This document shows positions 27,504 to 36,826 of a stretch of 64,000 nt of DNA, in pieces. A model generated the notes under the pieces. It saw only the letters and a program-made list of their open reading frames with translations. It ran no database searches and had not been told where the DNA came from. The stretch lies in assembly GCA_024681855.1 (NCBI GenBank), contig JAILAB010000020.1, positions 16,864 through 80,863 of the forward strand. The letters run 5' to 3'. This stretch comes from Elusimicrobiales bacterium. Its GTDB lineage: Bacteria > Elusimicrobiota > Elusimicrobia > Elusimicrobiales > UBA9959. The first letter of the stretch is position 1; each line of letters begins with the position of its first letter. A program made the position numbers and the translations under genes.

Positions 27504-28757
27504 ATGAAGAAGAAATTTCTTTTTTCCGTTTTGTTGTCTCTTGCCATGTTGCCTGCCGCGGTTTTTGCGGGCAATGTTGCGGAAGCCAAGTCTGCTCCAG
27601 AGCAAATCAATATTGATTTGAGCAATCCTCTTCCTAACTGGGTTGACGCATCCCGTGAAAAAGAACAGGACATAAGCCGCGTGCGCGGCGTGCCTGCCGC
27701 AGTAACCCCGGCTGATTTCCGAATACCGGCTGAATATGAGCCGGTTGGCGCGGTTGTGCTTGGCTGGGCTGGATATTCCCAGATGCTTTCAGGCATAGCC
27801 AGGGCAGCTTCAGATGCTGGCGCTCATGTTTGGGCCATTGGAGGCCCTTCATCGGTTTCAGGCGTTTCAAATTATTTGTCTTTGCCTTTGCGCATAGATT
27901 CTGTCTGGGTGCGCGACTATGGCCCGTTCGGCATAGCTTCCGGCAGCAAAACTCCTGGAATTGTGGATGCCGTTTACCGTCATTATCAGTATAGGGTTTA
28001 TGATGATGCCATTCCTCAGCAGCTCGGACGCATGAAAGGAATTAATGTATATGGCATGAATATTATTTTGGATGGCGGAAATCTCATGGTGGATTCCTAT
28101 GGCAATTTATTCATGACAAACCGCACTTATCTTTGGAACAGGCATTTGAGCCGCGAGCAAGTGGACAATGCTTTGAAAACAGCTTTGCGCGTGAAAAAGA
28201 TTATTTCTTTTGATTATGCCGGCTATCCTGGAGAGCCGGAAGACGGCACGGGGCATATAGATATGTTCATGAAGCTTCTGAATGATCATACCGTGCTGAT
28301 AGCTAAAACAGATGACGAGCCTTATAAATCAAATAATGAGAAAGCCATTAAGTATTTCCAGAACCGCATGGCTCCGGACGGCCAGCCATATAAGGTTATA
28401 ACATCAAAAGGCTGGGTTTCAGAAAGAGCCTGGTATACTTTCACAAACTCACTCATAGTGAATAATACCGTAGTTATGCCTTCTTACAGAGGCCGTCAGG
28501 CTGAAGAGCAGGAGGCCATAGCTGCATATAAGGCTGGAATGCCTGGCGTTAAAGTGGTGCCGGTTAATTCCGATTCCAGTATTGTTTCAGGAGGCTCAAT
28601 ACATTGCGTGACGCAGACTATTCCGGTGTTGCCTAAAGAAGTCAAGAATTCCGGCAATTCAGACATTGTTGTTCCTGTTAATTTCTCTCCGGAAGAATAC
28701 ACTCTGCCTGCTTCGCCTATCCTGAAACATCTGATTAAGCTTGCTGAACATAATTAA
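27504..28757 (+). CDS. agmatine deiminase / Porphyromonas-type peptidyl-arginine deiminase family protein, with signal peptide
   Basis: MKKKFLFSVLLSLAMLPAAVFAGNVAEA signal. DSVWVRDYGPF, LDGGNLMVD, DGTGHIDMF, and the catalytic-Cys motif GGSIHCVTQ near the C-terminus. Confidence 0.8.
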   Translation: MKKKFLFSVLLSLAMLPAAVFAGNVAEAKSAPEQINIDLSNPLPNWVDASREKEQDISRVRGVPAAVTPADFRIPAEYEPVGAVVLGWAGYSQMLSGIARAASDAGAHVWAIGGPSSVSGVSNYLSLPLRIDSVWVRDYGPFGIASGSKTPGIVDAVYRHYQYRVYDDAIPQQLGRMKGINVYGMNIILDGGNLMVDSYGNLFMTNRTYLWNRHLSREQVDNALKTALRVKKIISFDYAGYPGEPEDGTGHIDMFMKLLNDHTVLIAKTDDEPYKSNNEKAIKYFQNRMAPDGQPYKVITSKGWVSERAWYTFTNSLIVNNTVVMPSYRGRQAEEQEAIAAYKAGMPGVKVVPVNSDSSIVSGGSIHCVTQTIPVLPKEVKNSGNSDIVVPVNFSPEEYTLPASPILKHLIKLAEHN

Positions 28758-28782
28758 TCAATCAAATATGTTTCATTTAGAA

Positions 28783-28815
28783 AGCCGTCCTTTTTTCTAG
28801 GGACGGCTTTTTTTG
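28783..28815 (+). terminator. rho-independent terminator
   Basis: agccgtcc-ttttttcta-ggacggct followed by a T-run. Confidence 0.8.
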
Positions 28816-28878
28816 TAGAATATTATTAAATTTTATTTTATTGTTATGCCAGGATTTCATGCCTGGCGGAGGAAAAAA

Positions 28879-29925
28879 ATGGAAGATCAGAATATTAATG
28901 CCTCTTCGGCAGCCAATGCAGCAGCGCAGCCAGCTGCTGTTGACAAAAATCTAAAACATTTTTCCTGGCTGCTGAAAGTTACAGCAGCTTTATTTCTCTG
29001 TTCGGTAATTGCTGCTTTGTCATTGTCTGCAAAAATAGACAGCCAGAAAAAGTCCCCTGCTGATTCTGAAAAAAGCTCAATTTCAGAATTGAAAGAAAAA
29101 GTATCAAAGAAAACAAAAGACGGCGTGGCAGTAATACGCGTGTATGGCGTTATTTCACAGTCAATGAAAACCTATGACTGGGAAAAGACAGGAAGCTCGG
29201 CACTGGCCCAGCGCATCAGAAAAACCGGAAAGAAAAAAAATATCAAGGCCATAGTGCTTGACATTAATACGCCCGGCGGAACTGTCGCGGCTGTGCAGGA
29301 AATTTATGATGCAATTAATTTTGTTCGCAAGGAATATAAAAAGCCAGTTGTCGCTCTTTTCGGAGATGTTTCCGCCAGCGGCGGGTATTATATCGGGGCC
29401 GCATGCGATGAGATTTTTGCCCACCCTGGAACCATGACAGGCTCCATAGGCGTAATAATGAGCGGCATGAACTATGAGGGCCTTATGAAGAAAATAGGCT
29501 TTAAGTCTGAAGTAGTGAAATCAGGAAAATATAAAGACATAGGCGCGCCGTATCGCGAAATGTCTCCTGAGGAAAGAAAACTTCTGCAAGACATGATTGA
29601 TGACTCCTATAGCCAGTTTGTAAAAGCTGTGGCTGAGGGCCGAAAAATGTCAGACGAAAAAGTGAGATCTCTTGCCGACGGGCGCATTTATACCGGCAGC
29701 CAGGCAAAAGAGGCTGGCCTGGTAGATAAGCTTGGCAATTATCAGGATGCCTTAGACCGCGCAGGAGTGCTTGCAGGCCTTGGCAAAGATCCCCATGTGA
29801 TTAGCGGAGCTTCGGAGCCTTTTGATAATTTCTTCTCAATGATGAATTCTAAATTCGGAGGAGGACTCCTTTCTGAGGCTTTTGAAAGCGGCCCGCGCCT
29901 TGAATACCGCCTGTACATGAAATAA
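28879..29925 (+). CDS. sppA: signal peptide peptidase SppA (36K type)
   Basis: ATG at 28879 preceded by GGAGG. One N-terminal TM segment. ClpP/crotonase-fold motifs IVLDINTPGG, ASGGYYIGAACD (Ser nucleophile region), GSIGV and KSGKYKD (Lys). Confidence 0.85.
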   Translation: MEDQNINASSAANAAAQPAAVDKNLKHFSWLLKVTAALFLCSVIAALSLSAKIDSQKKSPADSEKSSISELKEKVSKKTKDGVAVIRVYGVISQSMKTYDWEKTGSSALAQRIRKTGKKKNIKAIVLDINTPGGTVAAVQEIYDAINFVRKEYKKPVVALFGDVSASGGYYIGAACDEIFAHPGTMTGSIGVIMSGMNYEGLMKKIGFKSEVVKSGKYKDIGAPYREMSPEERKLLQDMIDDSYSQFVKAVAEGRKMSDEKVRSLADGRIYTGSQAKEAGLVDKLGNYQDALDRAGVLAGLGKDPHVISGASEPFDNFFSMMNSKFGGGLLSEAFESGPRLEYRLYMK

Positions 29926-29935
29926 GGGGGCAAAA

Positions 29936-30490
29936 GTGTCTGTCTGCAATTCTATAGCAAAATATTGTCAGTCGCCTAATCTTTTGGCAGAAGATTCTGC
30001 TGCTGAAGAACTGGCTGTGCCAGGCATGGCAGGGTATGCCATAGGCTCTTTGGGGCTTTTTGCATATCTTCGCCTTGAAGCTTCCGTATTTCCTGGATTG
30101 TTTGCCTTTATAGGCCTTATGCTTCTTATTTTGTTTTCGGAAGCCTTGGTCACAAGCCTTATTCATTTTTTTCTTAGCCTTTCAGGTAAGAAAGGGCAGG
30201 TGTCAACAGTGTTTTATCTCTTTGGCTGTTCTAATGCAATGCTTGCTCTTGCCGTGCCGATAGGCATTGCTGCTAAATTTTATGCATCATGCGGAAACGT
30301 TCTGATGTTAGGGCTAATGCTTTATATTTTTATTTTGCGGCTTTATATAATCCGCAAAGCCTATTCAGATGTTTCTGTTAGCAAAACCGTATTTGCCTTG
30401 ATTATTCCCGGAATCCTATTTCAGGTATTTATGTATTTTGCTCTGATTTACGGCATAATCAACAGCGTATGGCTTATGAGCATGTTATAA
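29936..30490 (+). CDS. Yip1-like polytopic membrane protein
   Basis: 184 aa with 5 hydrophobic segments. GTG start with a strong AAGGGGG RBS 5 nt upstream. The family assignment is tentative. Confidence 0.5.
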   Translation: MSVCNSIAKYCQSPNLLAEDSAAEELAVPGMAGYAIGSLGLFAYLRLEASVFPGLFAFIGLMLLILFSEALVTSLIHFFLSLSGKKGQVSTVFYLFGCSNAMLALAVPIGIAAKFYASCGNVLMLGLMLYIFILRLYIIRKAYSDVSVSKTVFALIIPGILFQVFMYFALIYGIINSVWLMSML

Positions 30491-31249
30491 ACTGCTGAAT
30501 ATTTCTGAAATGCGGGCAGAAATAATGCCCAAATGTTCTCGTATTTTAGGCTGCTTTTTCTCAAGAATGGGAAGCAGCCTTTTCCTTATCCAGTTGCGAG
30601 TGTACCTGTCGTCATCATTTGTGCGGTCTTTGCGTGATTTAAGGCTGTTTAGCTTTAAGTACTGCTCTATTTCTTTTCTTGAAACGGCAAGCATTGGCCG
30701 GATAAGCTTTATGGATTTTCTTCCTCTGTGGCTTAATGCCCTTGATGGCGGTATGCCTGCAAGTCCTTTAGGGTCTGTTCCTCTCAATATGTTCAGAAGC
30801 ACGGTTTCGGCATTGTCGTCAGAATGGTGAGCTGTAGCTATTATTGAGCATTTATTTGTTTTGGCCGCTTGCAGCAAAAGCTCATACCTGGCTTTCCTGG
30901 CTGCGCTTTCAATGCCGTTTCCTTCCTCTTCCGCTATTTTCTTTACATCAGCTGAGAGTATTGAGGTTTCAATTCCATAGAAGGTGCCTAATTTTTTTAC
31001 GAAATTTGCATCCGCTTCTGCTTCTTTGCCCCTAAGATGATGATTTACATGTGCTATGAAAAGATGAAGTTTTCTCTTTTTGGCATTTCTTGCGAAATAA
31101 TCTAGCATGGCAACGGAATCAGGACCGCCGGATACTGCCAAAAGAATATAATCTTTCTCGGCAAAAAGCTTTTTTTCTTTTGCGAAAGATGTTATTTTGT
31201 TCCAAACAGTCATTGTGTGGATTTTTTTTGTAAGCAGAAGCTTTTTCAT
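30485..31249 (-). CDS. tilS: tRNA(Ile)-lysidine synthase (short form)
   Basis: PP-loop LLAVSGGPDSVAML, HVNHHLRG, TAHHSDDNAETVLLNILRG. Only 254 aa, so it lacks the long C-terminal domains. Confidence 0.85.
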   Translation of the reverse strand: MKKLLLTKKIHTMTVWNKITSFAKEKKLFAEKDYILLAVSGGPDSVAMLDYFARNAKKRKLHLFIAHVNHHLRGKEAEADANFVKKLGTFYGIETSILSADVKKIAEEEGNGIESAARKARYELLLQAAKTNKCSIIATAHHSDDNAETVLLNILRGTDPKGLAGIPPSRALSHRGRKSIKLIRPMLAVSRKEIEQYLKLNSLKSRKDRTNDDDRYTRNWIRKRLLPILEKKQPKIREHLGIISARISEIFSSL

Positions 31250-31275
31250 TAATCAAATTATACAAAACATAAAGA

Positions 31276-32940
31276 ATGAGAACTTTGTTTTATGCTAATA
31301 TTTCATTAATAATGAATAATATTTTTAAGAAAGTTTCTGAATTTATTTTTTCCATTGACGAAGGCTATGCCATATTCTTCCTCGCTCTTATTTTTCGCCT
31401 TGTATTCCTTTGGCAATGGTCAGGCACGCCTTATTTCTCTTCTTTTAATGCTGATGCATGGGTTCATGACAGATGGGCCATGGATATAGCAGGCGGGGCA
31501 ATAATAAGACATACGGCTTTTTATCAGTCTCCGCTGTATCCTTATGTTCTTGCTCTGTTCTATAAGATTTTCGGTCATCATTACTGGCCTGTATATATTG
31601 CTCAGGCTATAGCTGATTCTTTTTCATGCCTTTTTATATTGAAGGCAGCGCGGCTTATGTTTAACAGGCGTGTTTCCCTGATTAGCGGTCTTATTGCGGT
31701 CTTTTATGCCCCTTTTATTTTAAATTCCGGTCTGCTGCTTAAAGAGACTCTGGTTGTGTTTTGTGTTTCTTCTTTTCTTTTTCTTTTTCTGAAATCAATC
31801 AGGAGCGGCAGCTGGCTGCTGTCATTTGGCTGGGGGGCAGCTCTAGGAGCGGCATCTCTTTCAAGGCCAAACATTACGGTCCTTTTCGCCTTTGCCGCAT
31901 TGTGGCTTATTATGAGAAAATGTCCTTCGGCATTCAGTGCTGGCTTTAAAGGCATTAAAGAGCATGCTTTAATTATTAAAGATTTTTTAAAGAAAAAGAT
32001 TCTTCCCGCATTGCTGGGCCTGGCATTGTTCCTGCTGCCTTCAGTCTTGCATAATTATATGGCGTCTTATGATTTCATTCTGTTCAATTATGCCGGAGGC
32101 TTCGTATTTTATTTAGGCTCAAATCCTTATGCTGATGGAACCACAACTTATCCGCCTTGGATAAATTCTGATCCTGAGAAAGAACAGCAGCAGATTTATG
32201 ACATAGCGGAAGCTGAAACAGGCCGCAAGCTGAAGCCTTCGGAAGTTTCGGCTTTTTGGCTTAAGGAAGGCCTTAAGCATGTGCGTGAAAATCCGAGGCG
32301 TTTCTTTTGGCTTACTTTAGGCAAGCTTTACCTCTTTTGGAATAAATATGAAATCCCTGATAATTATGATATTTCATTCATAAGGAGACATTTTCCCACG
32401 GTTGCCTCTTTGCCTCTGTTCGGATATGGTTTTACGGCTTCTTTAGGCGTTTTTGGCCTGTTTCTTACAGGGCTGAAGCGGCGGGGAGGCATATTGCCGG
32501 CATTGTTCTGGCCTTATATGCTGTCTCTGTTGCCATTCCTCATTACAGACCGCTATAGGATGCCGGCTTTGGTTTTCCTTATTCCGGCGGCGGCATACGC
32601 AATTAACAGGCTTTATGTGAAATTTCTTGCCGATGCAGGCAAAATATTGCCTGCTCTAATGTTTTCTCTGCCTTTCTTTGCGATGATATTTCTTCCTTCC
32701 CCTTCAAATATGAGATTTGCTGAAGCGGCCGGGTATGCGAATCTTTCATGCAAATATGCTAAAACAGGCGAATACATGAAAGCTGTGAAATGCTTTGAGC
32801 AGTCGGAGGCATTAGATCCTGACGCTATAGGTGAATCTGAGGCAGTATGCGCGGCATATTCTTATAATAAACTTGGCAATTCTGCTGGTTTTATGAAAAT
32901 AATGGAGAAATATAAAGAATTAGTTATGCCCGAGGAATAA
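31276..32940 (+). CDS. GT-C fold glycosyltransferase (family 39/83-like) with C-terminal TPR
   Basis: 554 aa with about 11 TM segments. First-loop DA..H motif (NADAWVHDRWAMDIAGG) followed by FYQSPLYPYVLALF. The C-terminal soluble part is TPR-like (YMKAVKCFEQSEALDPD). Confidence 0.65.
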   Translation: MRTLFYANISLIMNNIFKKVSEFIFSIDEGYAIFFLALIFRLVFLWQWSGTPYFSSFNADAWVHDRWAMDIAGGAIIRHTAFYQSPLYPYVLALFYKIFGHHYWPVYIAQAIADSFSCLFILKAARLMFNRRVSLISGLIAVFYAPFILNSGLLLKETLVVFCVSSFLFLFLKSIRSGSWLLSFGWGAALGAASLSRPNITVLFAFAALWLIMRKCPSAFSAGFKGIKEHALIIKDFLKKKILPALLGLALFLLPSVLHNYMASYDFILFNYAGGFVFYLGSNPYADGTTTYPPWINSDPEKEQQQIYDIAEAETGRKLKPSEVSAFWLKEGLKHVRENPRRFFWLTLGKLYLFWNKYEIPDNYDISFIRRHFPTVASLPLFGYGFTASLGVFGLFLTGLKRRGGILPALFWPYMLSLLPFLITDRYRMPALVFLIPAAAYAINRLYVKFLADAGKILPALMFSLPFFAMIFLPSPSNMRFAEAAGYANLSCKYAKTGEYMKAVKCFEQSEALDPDAIGESEAVCAAYSYNKLGNSAGFMKIMEKYKELVMPEE

Positions 32941-33041
32941 ATGTCATTGCTTTCAAATATAACAAAGCTCTGTTAAAGAATATTGCCGATTGAGCTGATT
33001 TTTCTTTGTGTTTGCGAGCTTAGGCGTCTGTTGCTATTTAT

Positions 33042-33497
33042 TTACCAGTTTGGAATATTGTTAGGAGATATTTTTTTTAATATTCTAGTGGTTTTTCTAT
33101 TCATCTTATCCCGCAGTTCTTGCGTGGAATCGTCCATCCCAGCGACATGAAGGGAACCGTGAACGGTAAGAGTGAGTATTTCCGTTAGCCAGGAATGCCC
33201 CATCATCTTGGCTTGTTTTTTTGCCTGCGGCAGACAGACATAAATTTCTCCGAGGATTATGCTTTCGTCTTTTATAGGCACAGGGGGATAATTGAAGGCA
33301 ATAACGTCAGTTATTCGGTCTCGGTTAAGGAACTGCTTGTTTATTTTCTGTATTCCCGCATTTCCTGTATAAATTATGTTTACAGTTCCATTGCGGAATT
33401 TTGCGCCGAGAGCCGCTTCAGCCGCTTCTTCCAGCAGGGGCAGGCTTTCGCCAGCCTCTGCCGGAATTTTTCCTGTGAAAAATATCTTTACTGCCAT
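33042..33497 (-). CDS. ybeY: rRNA maturation endoribonuclease YbeY
   Basis: 151 aa with the zinc motif HGSLHVAGMDD (HGxLHLxGYDH). Confidence 0.85.
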   Translation of the reverse strand: MAVKIFFTGKIPAEAGESLPLLEEAAEAALGAKFRNGTVNIIYTGNAGIQKINKQFLNRDRITDVIAFNYPPVPIKDESIILGEIYVCLPQAKKQAKMMGHSWLTEILTLTVHGSLHVAGMDDSTQELRDKMNRKTTRILKKISPNNIPNW

Positions 33498-34693
33498 TTG
33501 GAAATGCCGCGCGGCATAACGATTATTCCGTCCGGGTCAATATAATAATGCTGCGCATCTTCTTCGGCATTATAGCCTATAACGGATTTTGCCGCAATGG
33601 TATTGAAGCGGTCCATTATAACTTTCTTCATTCGCGTTCCGGCCTTTATTTCGCATGCATCCATTATGATGCAGTCTTCCAGCTGGCAATGCTCATGAAT
33701 TATTACGTCATTGCCGAGTATGCAGCGCTTGAGTGAAGACTGCGTTATGGAGCAGCCGTCTGAAATCATGCAGTCTTGCAGATTAGATTCTATAATTTTA
33801 GACGGAGCTGAATTATGCCTGGAATTCTGTATCGGCCATAGCTTATTGTTTAAGTCCAGCTTTGGTTTTGCGCCAAGCAGGTCCATGTGGGTTTGCCAGA
33901 AAGCTTTTATAGTGCCTACATCGCGCCAGTAATTCTGTTCTTCATAATCTTTAGCGCCGGGAAGTTTCTGGTCTGAGAAATTATAAGCGCATACTTTGTA
34001 CTGTTTCAGTATGTTCGGCAATATGTTCTTTCCGAAGTCAAGCGCGCCGTTCTCATTTCCGCCGTGAAGCACTTTCACAAGCGTTTCATAATTGAAAATA
34101 TAATTTCCCATTGAAGCCAGCACGGAATTAGGATCATTCGGCATTGGCTTTGGATTTTTAGGTTTTTCTTCAAAAGCAGTGATCACATTGTCATTGTTTA
34201 TCACCATCGTGCCGAATCGTGAGCCTTCTTTAAGCGGTACGCGCAATGCGGCTACTGTAACATCTGCCTTGCTGGCCAGGTGCGCATCAATCATCTGTTT
34301 TATGTCCATTCTGTAAATATGGTCAGCGCCGAAAATTGCCACTAAATCAGGCTTGTAATCGCTGATAAGGTTAAGATTCTGTTTAACAGAGTCTGCGGTG
34401 CCGCGGTACCACATTTCGCCAAGGCGCATCTGCGGAGGAACCACTGTTATGAAATGTTCCCTTGTCATTCCTCCCAAATTCCATGTGGAATGCAGATATT
34501 CTATTAATGACTGGGACATATATTGCACCAGCACATAAGTTGAAAAAATGCCTGAATTGATAAAATTGGAAAGCACGAAATCTATTATGCGGTATTTTCC
34601 GCCGAAAGGCACTGCCGGTTTTGAACGCTCTTTTGTTAAAGGATAAAGCCGTTCGCCTTTGCCGCCTGCCATTATTACGCCCATTACTTTCAT
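33488..34693 (-). CDS. glgC: glucose-1-phosphate adenylyltransferase
   Basis: GVIMAGGKGERLYPLTKERSKPAVPFGGKYRIIDFVLSNFINSGI, WYRGTADSV, FGADHIYRMD, and a C-terminal left-handed beta-helix region. Confidence 0.92.
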   Translation of the reverse strand: MKVMGVIMAGGKGERLYPLTKERSKPAVPFGGKYRIIDFVLSNFINSGIFSTYVLVQYMSQSLIEYLHSTWNLGGMTREHFITVVPPQMRLGEMWYRGTADSVKQNLNLISDYKPDLVAIFGADHIYRMDIKQMIDAHLASKADVTVAALRVPLKEGSRFGTMVINNDNVITAFEEKPKNPKPMPNDPNSVLASMGNYIFNYETLVKVLHGGNENGALDFGKNILPNILKQYKVCAYNFSDQKLPGAKDYEEQNYWRDVGTIKAFWQTHMDLLGAKPKLDLNNKLWPIQNSRHNSAPSKIIESNLQDCMISDGCSITQSSLKRCILGNDVIIHEHCQLEDCIIMDACEIKAGTRMKKVIMDRFNTIAAKSVIGYNAEEDAQHYYIDPDGIIVMPRGISKWQ

Positions 34694-34726
34694 AAGTTCC
34701 TCCTGTCGCTAATAATTATAACTAAA

Positions 34727-35410
34727 CTAAGCCAAATGGTCTAGTATTTCTGCAAGTCCCCTGCCGATGCAGAAGAAATAAGGATTGTCTGATATAGTAT
34801 ATTCATTGTTTTTAAGCTGCCGCAGATCGTATGTTATGGCTTCCAGATCTATTGCTGCTTCGGCTTCGCGCTGAATTATAAAATCCTGCTGGCCTAAGCC
34901 GTATGACAGAAATACATTCTCATTTACATTTTTGTATTTGTTTAAAACATTCTGTCTTTCCGCGCATACATTATTCCGTTCTTCTTCTTTAAGAAAATGC
35001 CATTTGTCATTTTTCTTAACAGCGTGAAGACTCATATAAGGAAATCGTCCAAATTTTTCATTTGCTTCTTTTTCCGCCTGTTCCTCCGGGCCAGCTGTTT
35101 TGAATGAGAATATTCCTAAATATTCCTTTGCCGGAATAAGCCATTTCCCCATACCTGTTTTCATAAGGCTTGACGATAGTTCCTGAAGCCTGCTGACCCG
35201 GCGGCACATGCGCCAAATCATTATGTCAGATTCGGCATTGAGCCCTGCGGTCATATAAGTCCGCAAAAAAATTCTTTCCTGATGTGAAGCCAGCATATCC
35301 TCAAATTCTCTTTTAGCAGTCATCTGCTCATTGGGACTGAGTCTCTTGAACTCAGGCTGCATGCGTAAAAAGGAAAAAGAGGAAAAAAGAGTCGCTTTGT
35401 TTTCTGGCAT
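34727..35410 (-). CDS. chlorite dismutase family protein (HemQ/ChdC-like)
   Basis: 227 aa. Pattern YMSLHAVKKNDKWHFLKEEER ... SYGLGQQDFII ... resembles the ferredoxin-like repeat of Cld/ChdC proteins. Its start overlaps the upstream stop (TAATG). Confidence 0.55.
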   Translation of the reverse strand: MPENKATLFSSFSFLRMQPEFKRLSPNEQMTAKREFEDMLASHQERIFLRTYMTAGLNAESDIMIWRMCRRVSRLQELSSSLMKTGMGKWLIPAKEYLGIFSFKTAGPEEQAEKEANEKFGRFPYMSLHAVKKNDKWHFLKEEERNNVCAERQNVLNKYKNVNENVFLSYGLGQQDFIIQREAEAAIDLEAITYDLRQLKNNEYTISDNPYFFCIGRGLAEILDHLA

Positions 35411-36825
35411 TATTCCTCACCTTCAAGGAAGTCATTTGACACAGCATCATTAGGAGATGTGTATACCTTTGAATCTGATTCCCCTTCAACTTTCACGTCA
35501 AGCGGCTTGTCATTTGCAGACGGATCTGAAGCTTGAGGCTGTGTTGCCGGAGCTTCAGTTCCTTGCCCGCTTGGCGCTGCTGAGTCTAAGCCGGCCTGGG
35601 CTTTTGCTTCCGGAGTGCGTTCAGGGGCGGATTTCTCCTGCACTACTTGATCGGCAGTGCTTCCGTCAACGCCTACAAATGATATATCGCTTGCTGCCGC
35701 ATTAGGAATTGCCGGGGCTTTTTTGGGAGCAGATTTTTTTCTGGGCTGATTCTTGCGTTTTTTTGCTGCTGTTTTTTTCTTAGCGGCTTTCGTTTTTAAA
35801 GGCCTTTTTTTAGCGGTCTGTTTGCTGCCATCGCCCATAATTACGGTAGGCGTTCCGGAAGGATTTTTTGCCGCTGAGGATTTTTTTACAGGCTGCGGCG
35901 CTTCTTTTTGTATCGCTTTTTCCTCTTCTGTTTCCTGTAGCAGCTGGCCTCCTTCTATGTATTTCCAGTTAAGCACTTTTGTTATAGGACGTATAAGCTC
36001 AATCTCATTCTCTGTTTCAAGCCCTGTTTCAACTTCCATAAGCACATATTTTTTCCCGTTATGCCTAATGAGATTTTTTCTATTAATAATTCTAGTGCCA
36101 AGGCTTTTAGCTACTGTAAGATTGCCGTCAAACTGTTCGCCTATGGCCATTCCTTTTTTTATGTCAAGCACTTCAAGCCATAAGCGGTAAAAATAAGGCT
36201 TGTCTTTTATTGGAATGAAACGGGTAAGTTTTGCGGAAAAGGCATCTCCGGTGCGGAAATGCTCTACTTCTGCCGTCATGCCTTTTAGCAGAGGATTATA
36301 AATTGGCTCAGTGTTTTTTCCTATCAGCAGGACTTTTCTTGAAACAGTAAAAAGCCTGTCTCCCGCATATACTGTTGTATTTGGCGGCACATGTATTTTT
36401 GTTATGATGCCCTTTTCTTCCGGTTTTATGTAGTATGGCTTAAAAACATCCTGCCATCTCCTGCGCGTCTGATTTTTGCTGGTTTCCGGAGTTGCGTCTA
36501 CCATAGCAGCCAGTTCGGTTGTGAGTTCCGTGGCTAATATGGAAGTGGGATCCACTGTGTCAAAAAGCTCTACGTGTATTTCTTCTATGCGGCCGTCAAA
36601 CGGGGCATAAACATCATAGCTGCTTTGCGTAGTGCTTATGGCCGATATTTTAGAAAGCAGTATAAGGTCTCCGGCACGTATGTCTGCCGAAGTATCCTGC
36701 ATTTCCAGCTGCCTGCTCATGTCTTTGTATACCCATGGCCGGTCTGTGTCTTGCGCCTTTAAGCAAGACGGATATGTAAGAATTGCGGAACATAAGAACA
36801 GAAAGAATGCGATAAGTCTTTTCAT
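35410..36825 (-). CDS. secreted membrane-fusion-protein-like (lipoyl/beta-barrel) protein with a long disordered basic-then-acidic tail
   Basis: 471 aa with signal peptide MKRLIAFFLFLCSAILTYPSCLKA. Barrel-sandwich halves IRAGDLILL...VYAPFDGRIEEIHV and GIITKIHVPPNTTVYAGDRLFTV. The tail reads KKRPLKTKAAKKKTAAKKRKNQPRKKSAPKKAP and then turns Q/A/P/S/D/E-rich. Confidence 0.55.
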   Translation of the reverse strand: MKRLIAFFLFLCSAILTYPSCLKAQDTDRPWVYKDMSRQLEMQDTSADIRAGDLILLSKISAISTTQSSYDVYAPFDGRIEEIHVELFDTVDPTSILATELTTELAAMVDATPETSKNQTRRRWQDVFKPYYIKPEEKGIITKIHVPPNTTVYAGDRLFTVSRKVLLIGKNTEPIYNPLLKGMTAEVEHFRTGDAFSAKLTRFIPIKDKPYFYRLWLEVLDIKKGMAIGEQFDGNLTVAKSLGTRIINRKNLIRHNGKKYVLMEVETGLETENEIELIRPITKVLNWKYIEGGQLLQETEEEKAIQKEAPQPVKKSSAAKNPSGTPTVIMGDGSKQTAKKRPLKTKAAKKKTAAKKRKNQPRKKSAPKKAPAIPNAAASDISFVGVDGSTADQVVQEKSAPERTPEAKAQAGLDSAAPSGQGTEAPATQPQASDPSANDKPLDVKVEGESDSKVYTSPNDAVSNDFLEGEE

Positions 36826-36826
36826 C

